Positions 17,079-26,531 of a DNA stretch of 64,000 nucleotides are shown piece by piece. The position numbers and the translations under genes are program-made. Position 1 is the stretch's first letter. Every line of letters begins with the position of its first letter. The notes beneath the pieces are model-generated. The model had not been told where the DNA came from, made no database searches, and was given only the letters and a program-made list of their open reading frames with translations. The stretch comes from an uncultured archaeon (lineage in GTDB: Archaea; Asgardarchaeota; Thorarchaeia; Thorarchaeales; Thorarchaeaceae): the NCBI GenBank assembly GCA_964458565.1, contig CAYWJO010000015.1, positions 1-64,000 of the forward strand, in the 5' to 3' direction.

Positions 17079-17627
17079 TTGAGTATGTATCACAACGAGG
17101 AACATGACGATACTGCAGACGAATATGATGAAATCTACGAAGATTTTGATGAAACTTTTCCGGACGAAGAGGAAGATGAAATCAGAGATGTTCCAAGTGA
17201 ACCAGTTTTACCTGGAGGCACGATAGCGGCTTTCCTCAATGACCCAAGTCCATATTTAGGAATTCCACTTGTCATTGTTGGACTTTTAATTGTCTTACTA
17301 ACACCACCTGAGGTATGGGCACCAAATAGATATTCTCTACTAGGTGGCTATCTCTTGTTTGTGTTAGCTGCGGCAGCTTCTTATTTCGCTCTAAAAGTCT
17401 GGTTCTTAACTAGCACAGGATGGTTGCGATTTGGAGGACCAACAAATCTGATCGTGATCTGGGCAACAGTAGGTATTGCATCGGTGGACCTTCTTTCCTG
17501 GTTGGTTGCTGGTGCGTCTATCTTCGGGATTGGTTTTGTCGAGCCGCTTGTTTCAACAGGATTGATCATTGTACTATTCTGTTTCTATAGCCTTTGGTTA
17601 ATCCAACGAACTATAGAGCGTGATTAG
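17079..17627 (+). CDS. 4-TM membrane protein with a highly acidic N-terminal tail
   Basis: D/E/Y-rich first 35 aa, then four hydrophobic helices. Confidence 0.75.
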   Translation: MSMYHNEEHDDTADEYDEIYEDFDETFPDEEEDEIRDVPSEPVLPGGTIAAFLNDPSPYLGIPLVIVGLLIVLLTPPEVWAPNRYSLLGGYLLFVLAAAASYFALKVWFLTSTGWLRFGGPTNLIVIWATVGIASVDLLSWLVAGASIFGIGFVEPLVSTGLIIVLFCFYSLWLIQRTIERD

Positions 17628-17629
17628 GT

Positions 17630-18004
17630 TTGGGTGATAGTTCATCACCCACCAATTTCACCATCAGACATCTTACTGAAATAATTAGAGAATTCGTTAA
17701 AGAAAGAGATTGGGAGCAATTTAATCGTCCTCTAACATTAGCTATTTCTGCTCAGATAGAAATGGGTGAACTTTTGGAACTCTTTCAGTGGAAGACTGAA
17801 GATGAAATAGAGAATGCATTAGAATCCGAAGAGTACAGAAGACTCATTGGAGAGGAGTTATCCGATGTTCTTGTCTATATCCTAAGAATCGCAGATACTG
17901 CTGGAATAGACCTAGCGGAAGCGCTTACAAAAAAGATGGAGAAAAACCGCGATAAATATCCAATTGATAGTTGGAAAGGCAATGCTCCAAGTAAACTAGG
18001 ATGA
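17630..18004 (+). CDS. MazG-like nucleotide pyrophosphohydrolase (dCTP pyrophosphatase type)
   Basis: FVKERDWEQF, EMGELLELFQW, EELSDVLVY, KMEKN..KYP. Confidence 0.92.
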   Translation: MGDSSSPTNFTIRHLTEIIREFVKERDWEQFNRPLTLAISAQIEMGELLELFQWKTEDEIENALESEEYRRLIGEELSDVLVYILRIADTAGIDLAEALTKKMEKNRDKYPIDSWKGNAPSKLG

Positions 18005-18796
18005 ATCGATTAGACGAGTATATAGGTCAGGTCGTCGTTTCTCAAAAATCTGATTTAGTTCACCCATCATCTTGTCATCGGCTTCTGAGGGATCAATATC
18101 TGTATACCCAATACCAACTTCGGTATCGGTCAATCTAAGCAAGATCTCTCCATCCGGTGCAGTGATTTGTGAACAGCCTGTGAAACCAATTCCACGCTCA
18201 TCACCTATCCGATTCGCAGTTGCTGTAAATACCTTGTTCTCGAGAGACCTTGTAATCATTGAATTCTGGCAGTACTGAAGTACTAGATTTGATGGATGTA
18301 AAATCACTTGGGCACCTTTCAAGGCGAGAACTCTAGCGGTTTCAGGAAACGCCCAATCAAAGCAAATCATCACTCCAAACCTGAAACCATTCCAATCCAC
18401 AACGGGAGGTTCCAATTGACCTGGTTCGAACCAATATGTTTCCTTACTGAAAAGATGTATTTTTTGGTATGAAATTCTATAATCACCATCTGTGAAAACA
18501 ACGGCGGAATTGAACAATCCATTATTTGTCAGTTCACATATTCCAGATACAGCCATCCTATTGCTACTTGACCAATCTGCTAAACGTTTACAGTATAGTC
18601 CGTCAGGAATAGCTTCTGAGCACTCAAACGCCTCAGATTTTGATTGGAAGACATACCCTGAGTTTGCTAACTCGGGGAGTACGAGAACATCAACTTCTTT
18701 CTCAGTTGCATCAATCAAAATCTGGTCAAGTTGAAACAGATTCCAATCACTATCTGCGACTCTTGGTTGTATCTGTCCAACGCCAATTCTAATCAT
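17996..18796 (-). CDS. Nitrilase / carbon-nitrogen hydrolase family protein
   Basis: Catalytic triad motifs LPEL..SGY, YQKIHL and MICFDWAFPE. Confidence 0.93.
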   Translation of the reverse strand: MIRIGVGQIQPRVADSDWNLFQLDQILIDATEKEVDVLVLPELANSGYVFQSKSEAFECSEAIPDGLYCKRLADWSSSNRMAVSGICELTNNGLFNSAVVFTDGDYRISYQKIHLFSKETYWFEPGQLEPPVVDWNGFRFGVMICFDWAFPETARVLALKGAQVILHPSNLVLQYCQNSMITRSLENKVFTATANRIGDERGIGFTGCSQITAPDGEILLRLTDTEVGIGYTDIDPSEADDKMMGELNQIFEKRRPDLYTRLIDSS

Positions 18797-18866
18797 ATCA
18801 ATCTATCTGATATTGGACAAATTATTAATTCCGGAATGTACGGTTATTGAGATAGGGTGCATCAGT

Positions 18867-18992
18867 ATGTCTGATGATAACGAATGGTTTGATGATGAAG
18901 AAGAAAAATGGGAAGATGAAGTCGAATGGGAAGAGGAGGAATGGGGAGATGATGAATGGGAGGAATTTACAACAGAAGATGATGACTGGTAA
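18867..18992 (+). CDS. 41-aa acidic Trp-repeat peptide MSDDNEWFDDEEEKWEDEVEWEEEEWGDDEWEEFTTEDDDW
   Basis: Clean ATG..TAA frame with a GGGTG SD-like site and an upstream TTATTAA box. Strongly biased codons: 25 D/E and 6 W. Below the ORF-track size cutoff. Confidence 0.75.
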   Translation: MSDDNEWFDDEEEKWEDEVEWEEEEWGDDEWEEFTTEDDDW

Positions 18993-19006
18993 TTAGAAGT
19001 AGGAGT

Positions 19007-19468
19007 GTGATTTTAGCAGAAGGAGGAGTTGGTTTGAGCCATCACTTGAAATTATCAGATATATCAATATCACTCTTTGTTGAATTTTGTGTTTTAATGG
19101 TGATAGGTACTTTTGGCATGATATTTTTGAAGCCTTATGTGTCGCAGGAAGAATCTGCGAGATTAGTTGCATTTATTGTTCTAGGGATTGTCGGACCACT
19201 TACGCTTATTCTGACTGGTGCAGGGTGGCAGAGGAAGTTAAATCGATTATTCCTTCTAATTATGGGGCTTATGGGTTGGTTGCTACTGAGTGCAGGTCTC
19301 TTAGGATACCTTGGCATCTATACCACATTGACAATTCCAATTGCATTTGCAGTTTTTCTTCTTGGGCGACAGTTTTCGGATTCAAAATGGATAGACAGGG
19401 TTGTCATAATCAAGCGGTGGTTCAAGGTAGAGAGTGTCTTGCAAGAGGAAGAATTTACGGAGTTTTAG
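19007..19468 (+). CDS. 4-TM hypothetical membrane protein
   Basis: Four hydrophobic helices; SD-like AGGAG; directly follows the acidic peptide. Confidence 0.7.
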   Translation: MILAEGGVGLSHHLKLSDISISLFVEFCVLMVIGTFGMIFLKPYVSQEESARLVAFIVLGIVGPLTLILTGAGWQRKLNRLFLLIMGLMGWLLLSAGLLGYLGIYTTLTIPIAFAVFLLGRQFSDSKWIDRVVIIKRWFKVESVLQEEEFTEF

Positions 19469-19479
19469 ATGGTTTACTT

Positions 19480-20343
19480 CTAAAAGATAGCACCTTTCAT
19501 CATTGTCTGACAATCACAGCTTGCATCCATTGGAATCGTATCTATCATTTCGAAGGTCAATTTACGAACGCGATCAACATTGCTAGACATCGTCTTCAAC
19601 ACAAGTTCATGAGTTACTGGACCTTCGTCTCCACTTACATCATAATCTGTTGGCATGGAAATATTTACAAAACATATACCAGCTTCACGTGCAAGGGCAG
19701 CCTCGGGATACGCAGTCATTCCAATTACATCCCATCCTTGTCCATGGTAAAATAGAGATTCAGCGCGAGTTGAAAATCTTGGACCATTAATACATACGTA
19801 AGTTCCTTTCTTATGGTGTTTATATCCAAGTTTATTCGCTGTTTCACTCGCTACCTCGCTCAGCTCTGGACAAAAGGGATCTGCGAATGTAAGATGTGCA
19901 ATTGGACCGCCATCAAAAAAAGTATCTGCACGTGTTCCAAAGGTTCTATCGAATATTTGGTCTGCGAAAACAAACTCACCTAGTTTGATCTTTTCAGGTT
20001 GCAGACTTCCGCACGCAGCGGGACTGATGATACGCTTAACACCCAATGCTTTCATGCCCCATATGTTCGCTCTATAATTTATTCCATGTGGGGGGATTGT
20101 ATGGCCACGGCCATGACGTGCAAGAAACGCAAAACCACGACCCTTCATTGAACCAACTATGAAATTATCAGATGCCGCACCATATGGTGTGAACACCTTG
20201 ATTTCAATCGGATTTTCAATCACTGTTGGATCATAATTACCACTACCACCAAACATACCAATTTCAATAGGTAAAAGCTCTTCAACTTCACTGGTTCGTG
20301 TTCTATCAATAGCAACATAATCGAGCTTAGCTTCAAATGCCAA
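19480..20343 (-). CDS. mtnP: S-methyl-5'-thioadenosine phosphorylase
   Basis: GGSG, TPYG, FLARHGRGH.IPPH.INYRANIW, GPRFSTRAES, VIGMT, TDYD. Confidence 0.93.
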   Translation of the reverse strand: MAFEAKLDYVAIDRTRTSEVEELLPIEIGMFGGSGNYDPTVIENPIEIKVFTPYGAASDNFIVGSMKGRGFAFLARHGRGHTIPPHGINYRANIWGMKALGVKRIISPAACGSLQPEKIKLGEFVFADQIFDRTFGTRADTFFDGGPIAHLTFADPFCPELSEVASETANKLGYKHHKKGTYVCINGPRFSTRAESLFYHGQGWDVIGMTAYPEAALAREAGICFVNISMPTDYDVSGDEGPVTHELVLKTMSSNVDRVRKLTFEMIDTIPMDASCDCQTMMKGAIF

Positions 20344-20451
20344 AGCATATCACAACTCCTTAAGTCATTCTAGGGATTAGACGTTCTCCCATAAATAGAT
20401 GATGAACTGGTATGAATGCACTATTGTCTATGATATATTGCTGAGTTTCAG

Positions 20452-20919
20452 CTATTCTTTCCTTGAATCAATTAGTGATATGTAGATTAGGCCAAGAATC
20501 AAGATAACTAGTCCACCCATTACAATACCAGAGGTTATGTTATAGTATTGTCCATCATTGATTACACCAAGTGTGTTATGCAATATCTGTCCTGCAATGA
20601 AAAGGATTAGTCCAGCTACGGGGATATAAATCGAATAACCCCTATCAGCCTGTGTTATTGCAGGATGCTCTGGTTCATCTCTAATCTGTGAATCAGGTTT
20701 CTTAAGATCGGATCTATAGAACCGTGTCTGATCTTCAGTAAGATATCCTGAAACAACGCCTTCTTGAATTAAATCAGAGAGTAGGACAGCAGCCACTTCC
20801 TCAGGAATCTCTAATTGTTCGCTGATTGCTTCAAGTGAACTCAGACCAGTATCATTAACAATACTAGTCAATAAACGTTTCAATTCATATGCATCAGGAA
20901 TTGTTGTATCTTCGATCAT
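20452..20919 (-). CDS. Winged-helix (PCI-like) domain protein with two C-terminal TM helices
   Basis: SLEAISEQLEIP...LLSDLIQEGVVSGYL pattern followed by two hydrophobic segments. Confidence 0.6.
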   Translation of the reverse strand: MIEDTTIPDAYELKRLLTSIVNDTGLSSLEAISEQLEIPEEVAAVLLSDLIQEGVVSGYLTEDQTRFYRSDLKKPDSQIRDEPEHPAITQADRGYSIYIPVAGLILFIAGQILHNTLGVINDGQYYNITSGIVMGGLVILILGLIYISLIDSRKE

Positions 20920-21333
20920 GATATATCACATGCAATCAGTTGATATCGTAATTTAACCTAAAGCCACGATATGTGGTCACAAATCAGGGTCACGTGTTGT
21001 ATCCTGTAAACTAATAAGGTGCTTCCGCTTTGTGCAATGTTGTTCCAAAAATCGAAATTTCAAACATGATCTGATTTGGGAGGCTTCAAGAGATACATCC
21101 ATCTCAGTTCATCAGATTCTAGCGATACAATAGCTATCCTTAAACAACACTAACGCTGAGTAGAATTGAATCAATCTGTTCATATGATTCCTGCGATTTA
21201 TCATTTCCACTATCCGATGTTGATGTTTTAATTGATGATTCTGTTTTCGCTCCTATCTGAAATCAACGAATCTGTTCATTTAGAAACCTTGACTTAAAAT
21301 TATATCTCAGGAAAGGCGAGCTAGGTTGAAGAT

Positions 21334-22500
21334 TTAAGAACTCCTAAGCAATTTAGGTATGTATGTGTCAAGATATTGTATTGCGGTTTCAATTTCCTCT
21401 GTGGATACAGCGTAACAAAGTCGGAGGAATCCCTCACCATTATTTCCGAAAGCTGAACCATGTACCGTGGCTACGTTAGCGTTCTCAAAAATATCATTTG
21501 CTAATTCGAAAGAACTCTTTCCATATGCACGTATATCAGGAAACGCGTAAAATGCCCCTCCAGGTGGTTCAATGGTAATACCAGTTATTGCATTCAGACC
21601 ACAGACAATCAAATCACGGCGTTTTCGATATGTATCAAGCATCTCTTGTACGCAATTTTGTGGTCCATCCACAGCAACTTCAGCTGCTTTTTGTGATATT
21701 GATGTAGGCATAGCTAGAAAATGCTCTTGCATGTGTGTCATTGCTTTAATGACTTCAGCAGGACCTACACTGAAACCGATTCGCCAACCAGTCATTGCAT
21801 AGGATTTGGAGAATGAAAAGAGGGTCACACATCGTTCGTTCATTCCGGGAATCGAACCAATGTAAAGAGGTTTTTCAGATCCATATCGGAATTTCTCATA
21901 GGCTTCATCTGATAGGATATAAAAGTCATGATCAATGGATAACTCAGCAATCTTTCTTAGTTCAGTATTGGACGTGACGCCGCCAGTTGGATTATTTGGG
22001 GAATTAATTACTAGAAGTTTGGTTTTTTCAGAGATTAGAGATTCAACATCCTCCGCTTTCATCCCAAAGTTATTCTCTTTTCTGAGTGGTACAGGGACAG
22101 GAGACCCCCCTGTAAGCAGAGCGTGAGCAGGATGACTGACAAATCCAGGATCAGGATATAGTACCTCATCCCCAGGGTCTACAAGCACCTGATTAGCGAG
22201 AATAAGAGACCCCATTCCACCAGCAGTGCATATAATCTCGGTTGCCGGATTTGCCTCAATGTTATTATCACGCTTTAATTTCCGTGCAAAAGCCTCACGA
22301 ACCTCTATCATCCCTGCGTTGTGAGTATAGCGCGTCACTCCATTTTCGATCGCCTTTATTCCAGATTCTCTAATGAAAAGAGGTGTGTCAAAATCAGGCT
22401 GACCAACCGTGAGATTTATGCAAGCTGGGCGTTCAGCGACTCTGTTATACATTTTGCGTATCTCACTTGCTGGAATAAATTTAGTTCGACTGGCAAGCAT
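21334..22500 (-). CDS. PLP-dependent aminotransferase, class I/II (aspartate aminotransferase-like)
   Basis: GQPDFDTP, NSPNNPTG, SDEAY, SFSKSYAMTGWRIG. Confidence 0.95.
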   Translation of the reverse strand: MLASRTKFIPASEIRKMYNRVAERPACINLTVGQPDFDTPLFIRESGIKAIENGVTRYTHNAGMIEVREAFARKLKRDNNIEANPATEIICTAGGMGSLILANQVLVDPGDEVLYPDPGFVSHPAHALLTGGSPVPVPLRKENNFGMKAEDVESLISEKTKLLVINSPNNPTGGVTSNTELRKIAELSIDHDFYILSDEAYEKFRYGSEKPLYIGSIPGMNERCVTLFSFSKSYAMTGWRIGFSVGPAEVIKAMTHMQEHFLAMPTSISQKAAEVAVDGPQNCVQEMLDTYRKRRDLIVCGLNAITGITIEPPGGAFYAFPDIRAYGKSSFELANDIFENANVATVHGSAFGNNGEGFLRLCYAVSTEEIETAIQYLDTYIPKLLRSS

Positions 22501-22681
22501 TAGCAACACCGTAATGCGCAAACGCAAAGGACTGGGCTATATATGCATCTATCAGACCATCAATTCCAAAGCAACATCCAAATAATCCATTAGAGAAGAT
22601 AAAATTAAAGAATGAAGTGATAGCTCAGATATTGATCATATATCTCATTCCAGTAAAGAGCTGAATTAGATATTATTTCGG

Positions 22682-23536
22682 TCATTTGTGTTTAAGAAAT
22701 GTGCCATTTCGATATTCAGCAAAAGCAATTCTTAACTCTTCGTCAGTGTTCATAACGATTGGACCACCCCATGCGATCGGTTCATTTAAGGGACGCCCTG
22801 ATACGAGAAGCAACCTAAGGTTTTCATCTTTTGCTTCAATCCTTACAGAATCACCATCAGCATAAAGAACCAGACTATTCTCATCGTGAGTCACATTGGA
22901 ATTTGGCTCGAACAAGCCCCTACCTTCGAAAATGAATGCGAACACTGTGTGACCTCGAGAAACTGAGTGAGTAAATTCAGTTTCAGCAGGAATTGATACA
23001 TCAACATACTCTGGATCAATGACGATATCTTGAACTGGACCTTTAATGCCCTCAACTATCCCAGCTACGATTTTAACTTCTACTCCATTCTCAAGTTTGA
23101 CCGTAGATATATCATCAGCACGAATGTCACGATATCGTGGATTCATCATCTTCATGTCCGCAGGAAGATTAGCCCAGAGTTGGAAGCCTGTTAAATTCCC
23201 ATCCGTTCGCTCAGGCATCTCTTCATGTATGATACCAGAGCCAGCTGTCATCCATTGTACGTCTCCAGGTCCAATCACTCCACCATTCCCTAGACTGTCG
23301 CCATGTCGCACATTACCATTTAGAATATACGTTATTGTTTCAATCCCACGATGCGGATGCCATGGAAAACCAGCGATGTAGTCTGCAGGTTTATCAGAGC
23401 CAAAATTATCAAGAAGTAGAAATGGGTCCAATAAAGGAACATGTGCAAACCCAAATGCACGTTTTAATCGAACTCCGGCTCCTTCCATAGTAGGAACGCT
23501 TGACCAAACACTCTTTATTTTGCGTGTTACGTCCAT
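22682..23536 (-). CDS. Pirin family protein
   Basis: DPFLLLD, GFPWHPHRGIETITY, QWMTAGSGIIHEE, GFQLWANLP, GPIVMNT. Confidence 0.96.
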   Translation of the reverse strand: MDVTRKIKSVWSSVPTMEGAGVRLKRAFGFAHVPLLDPFLLLDNFGSDKPADYIAGFPWHPHRGIETITYILNGNVRHGDSLGNGGVIGPGDVQWMTAGSGIIHEEMPERTDGNLTGFQLWANLPADMKMMNPRYRDIRADDISTVKLENGVEVKIVAGIVEGIKGPVQDIVIDPEYVDVSIPAETEFTHSVSRGHTVFAFIFEGRGLFEPNSNVTHDENSLVLYADGDSVRIEAKDENLRLLLVSGRPLNEPIAWGGPIVMNTDEELRIAFAEYRNGTFLKHK

Positions 23537-23662
23537 TGTAGATACACCAGATGAAGTAAACTCTGTTACAATCACAATTAAGCTAAAGAGCCTTTACATT
23601 AAGCAGTATCTCAGATTTCGATAGAACCACAAGGATGTACCTATTGGAGTACGAAGATAGAA

Positions 23663-24337
23663 TTAATCCTTCAGGTGCCATGCTTTATCAAGCGGGTACT
23701 CTATTTTTCCAAGAAATCCCATGTGTGCCTTAACTTTTGAGAGCCGTTCATCTGAAAGAACAACATTATTGTACTCACGAAGATGCTTCTTGAGTTCCTG
23801 AGTACTCATCTCTGTCAGCTTCTCGCCTTCGAATATTTTCGTTATTAGAGCAGTAATATCCTCGTAGAAATTCCATGGCCAGATTTCCCATGCCCATGTT
23901 ACTTCTACTCCAAAGAAATCAGGTTCAAATTTTGAACCAGCAATGTGCATGAGCGTTGCAGATTTTACTTCATCAGGTCCACAGTCTTTGATATGGTCAC
24001 ATGCCAGAGTCAAACTCTGACCGGTATCAGTTATGTCATCTACTACTAGAACTTTTTTTCCAGAAACATCTACTGTAAGAGGACATGTCAACTTGGCTTT
24101 TCCATCCTTCGTAGCTGTAACACCCCAATGATCTACCTTAACACTATAAAGCTCTTTTACACCAAGCAGGTCACACGCAATTCGAGCGTGTACCCACCCA
24201 CCTCGTGCAATACCTATAATGACATTAGGTCTCCATCCAGAGTCCTTAATCTTGCTGGCAGTCTGGTAAGCATAGTTGTAGATATCATCGAAATCCAATA
24301 CATAACATAGTGGGCCCTTGAGTTCCATAACACTCAC
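23663..24337 (-). CDS. Type I purine phosphoribosyltransferase (HGPRT/XGPRT-like)
   Basis: IGIARGG, VLVVDDITDTGQSL, PDFF, W.IWPW. Confidence 0.9.
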   Translation of the reverse strand: MSVMELKGPLCYVLDFDDIYNYAYQTASKIKDSGWRPNVIIGIARGGWVHARIACDLLGVKELYSVKVDHWGVTATKDGKAKLTCPLTVDVSGKKVLVVDDITDTGQSLTLACDHIKDCGPDEVKSATLMHIAGSKFEPDFFGVEVTWAWEIWPWNFYEDITALITKIFEGEKLTEMSTQELKKHLREYNNVVLSDERLSKVKAHMGFLGKIEYPLDKAWHLKD

Positions 24338-24412
24338 AATCCAATTGCTTCGCTGAAAAGTGTCCCATTAAAAGTTTGTTGCCTTGCCTTTAAAGGCATA
24401 GTATCCAGAAAA

Positions 24413-25267
24413 TCATAGCTTATCAACATGTAAGGATAGCGAATTGAATTCCCCTGGATTATATTCTAGTGCCATGTTTAGTATATCTCCGTTTTTCACA
24501 TTAAAAGATCTATCAACTGGAAGAAAGAGGTCTCTCCACCCATCCATCATGTCCAACCTGATTTTTTGTGAAAGGTATGCCTCAAACATACCTGCGAAAC
24601 CTGAGAGTACTCCATCTTGCTGGATGTCGAATTGAAATTCAATAGATATTGTTTCGGAGTATCTATCACTATCAAAATCAAAAGAAGCAATAGGATGATG
24701 ATTAGCTAGTTCTCTTACCTCATTATTAGCTAATGTTTGTGGAAAAGGAGGAAATCTAAGATCTAAGAATTCATACCTAGTTCTCATGGCTTCACATTCC
24801 ACAGGTACAAGAAAAATGGTGATTTGCCTTGGTAGGAGAGTTCCCTTCTTCTTCAGGAGCATCTTCTTTGCATGTATTGATGCGGGAATCTGTTGCTCTA
24901 CCAGCATCATTGATGAAAGCATTTCGCAAATAACAACATCCACACGTTCATCAGGAACATAGTTCATGAAATGAGATTTTACAAAATCTATTCTATCCTC
25001 AACACCATTCAATCTGGAAGCGATTCTAGCATAACCAAGCGAATCAGCATTAATGTCAACTGCATAGACATGTTTCGCACCAGCTTTGGCAGCGAGTATA
25101 GCTAAAACTCCAGACCCTGTACCAAGGTCAACAACTACAGAATCATGATTTACTATCTGATTGATTGCGTCCCTGAATTTGCTTATCCGTTCCTTATGAG
25201 ATAGCAAACTGACTGCATGTAGTATTGAGAATGGTGTAGCATATTCGCGTGTCATTATTTTTGCCAT
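24413..25267 (-). CDS. Class I SAM-dependent methyltransferase, protein-arginine methyltransferase (PRMT)-like
   Basis: VVDLGTGSGVLAILAAKAGAKHVYAVD, VDVVICEMLSSMMLVE (double-E loop) and a C-terminal beta-barrel-like region. Confidence 0.85.
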   Translation of the reverse strand: MAKIMTREYATPFSILHAVSLLSHKERISKFRDAINQIVNHDSVVVDLGTGSGVLAILAAKAGAKHVYAVDINADSLGYARIASRLNGVEDRIDFVKSHFMNYVPDERVDVVICEMLSSMMLVEQQIPASIHAKKMLLKKKGTLLPRQITIFLVPVECEAMRTRYEFLDLRFPPFPQTLANNEVRELANHHPIASFDFDSDRYSETISIEFQFDIQQDGVLSGFAGMFEAYLSQKIRLDMMDGWRDLFLPVDRSFNVKNGDILNMALEYNPGEFNSLSLHVDKL

Positions 25268-25364
25268 ATCAAATATTACTTATAACCCGTCCGTGCAGGG
25301 ACATTTCCTAAAGCATGATTAATTCGTGCTCAATAACATACCAGAATCAAGGAAGGTAAATGCT

Positions 25365-26516
25365 ATGGCGCTCAAAGCTGCTCAAAAAGCACTAGAGGAA
25401 GAACGCTTTGAGGATGCCATTGAGATTCTTAAGAGAATACTTCTTGACGAGAACAATGAACCAGAGGTCTTAGTATATCTTGGAATTGCATATGTGCAAA
25501 CAGAACAACCTGCAAAAGCTGTAGAAGTACTAAGACAAGCAGAAGACGAAGTTGAAGATCATTGTATTTTGTGTTTGTTCCTAGGAAGAGCTCTAAAAGC
25601 TTTAGGAGAACTAGCAGATGCTGAGGATTGTCTTAGAAGAGCTATCAACCAGGAACCAGAGAGGCCAGAAGCCTGGGAAGATTTGGCTAATGTTCTTTTT
25701 GAACAAAAAGAATATGGAAAAACCGTTCGGATTCTATCTGAGGGAGTTACACGATTTCCCAATAATGTATCTCTGAGAGGGTTGAATGCAATTTGTTATC
25801 ACAGGTTAGGAGATTATACTTCAGCAGAGATTGAATGGCGAACTGTTGTTAAGCAACGACCCGATTCAGTCATGGCATGGTCAAATATAGCATATATGAT
25901 GATATTACAAACGAGATATGAAGAAGCTTCAACAATCATAGATAAAATTAGAGAGCTGGATAGTTCAGATTACAGATTTCAGCTCCTTAAAGGAGAAATG
26001 GTATTTCAAGATAGAGATTTCGAGAATGCAATACCATATTATGACCGTGTTATCGAACAAAATCCGAATAACATTCAGGCTTTGTCAAGACTTGCTCTTG
26101 TTTATAATGAATTATCCAATTCGGAAGCAAGTATTGCATACTTGAATCGTGCGGAAAAAAGTATGCACACTAATCCACAATGTTGGCGTGGTCTCTCAGA
26201 CACATACGAAAGACTTGGTATGAAAGAAAAGGTTATTGAAATTCTGGTCTATGGAACTGAAATTGACAAGGGATCTGCAGCACCTTGGATTTCATTGGCT
26301 CAAGAATATACTAGAATAGGAAAAACAGAAGAGGCAATGCATGCGTGGAAAATGTCCTTTGAATTGAGAGAGTATGTTAAGATTTGTTGCACATCTTGCG
26401 ATTCTTATTTCAAAATTCCATATACCCAAGGGTTAAGATTTGATCTCAATAGAAACCAGATATGCCCAACTTGTGCTGAAGAAGTAAGAATACCAGATGG
26501 ACTGGCATTAATCTGA
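25365..26516 (+). CDS. TPR protein with C-terminal Zn ribbon
   Basis: About nine TPRs followed by CTSC...CPTC. Confidence 0.85.
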   Translation: MALKAAQKALEEERFEDAIEILKRILLDENNEPEVLVYLGIAYVQTEQPAKAVEVLRQAEDEVEDHCILCLFLGRALKALGELADAEDCLRRAINQEPERPEAWEDLANVLFEQKEYGKTVRILSEGVTRFPNNVSLRGLNAICYHRLGDYTSAEIEWRTVVKQRPDSVMAWSNIAYMMILQTRYEEASTIIDKIRELDSSDYRFQLLKGEMVFQDRDFENAIPYYDRVIEQNPNNIQALSRLALVYNELSNSEASIAYLNRAEKSMHTNPQCWRGLSDTYERLGMKEKVIEILVYGTEIDKGSAAPWISLAQEYTRIGKTEEAMHAWKMSFELREYVKICCTSCDSYFKIPYTQGLRFDLNRNQICPTCAEEVRIPDGLALI

Positions 26517-26531
26517 ACCGAGAGAGTTCAA

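Noticed and set aside
19087-19755. 222-aa alternative-frame ORF overlapping 19007 and mtnP
   Set aside because: Cys/His-rich shadow-frame composition overlapping two better-supported genes.
20920-21333. About 410-bp intergenic gap with a short direct repeat (ATCTGTTCAT twice)
   Set aside because: No convincing ORF, array, terminal inverted repeats or stable fold.
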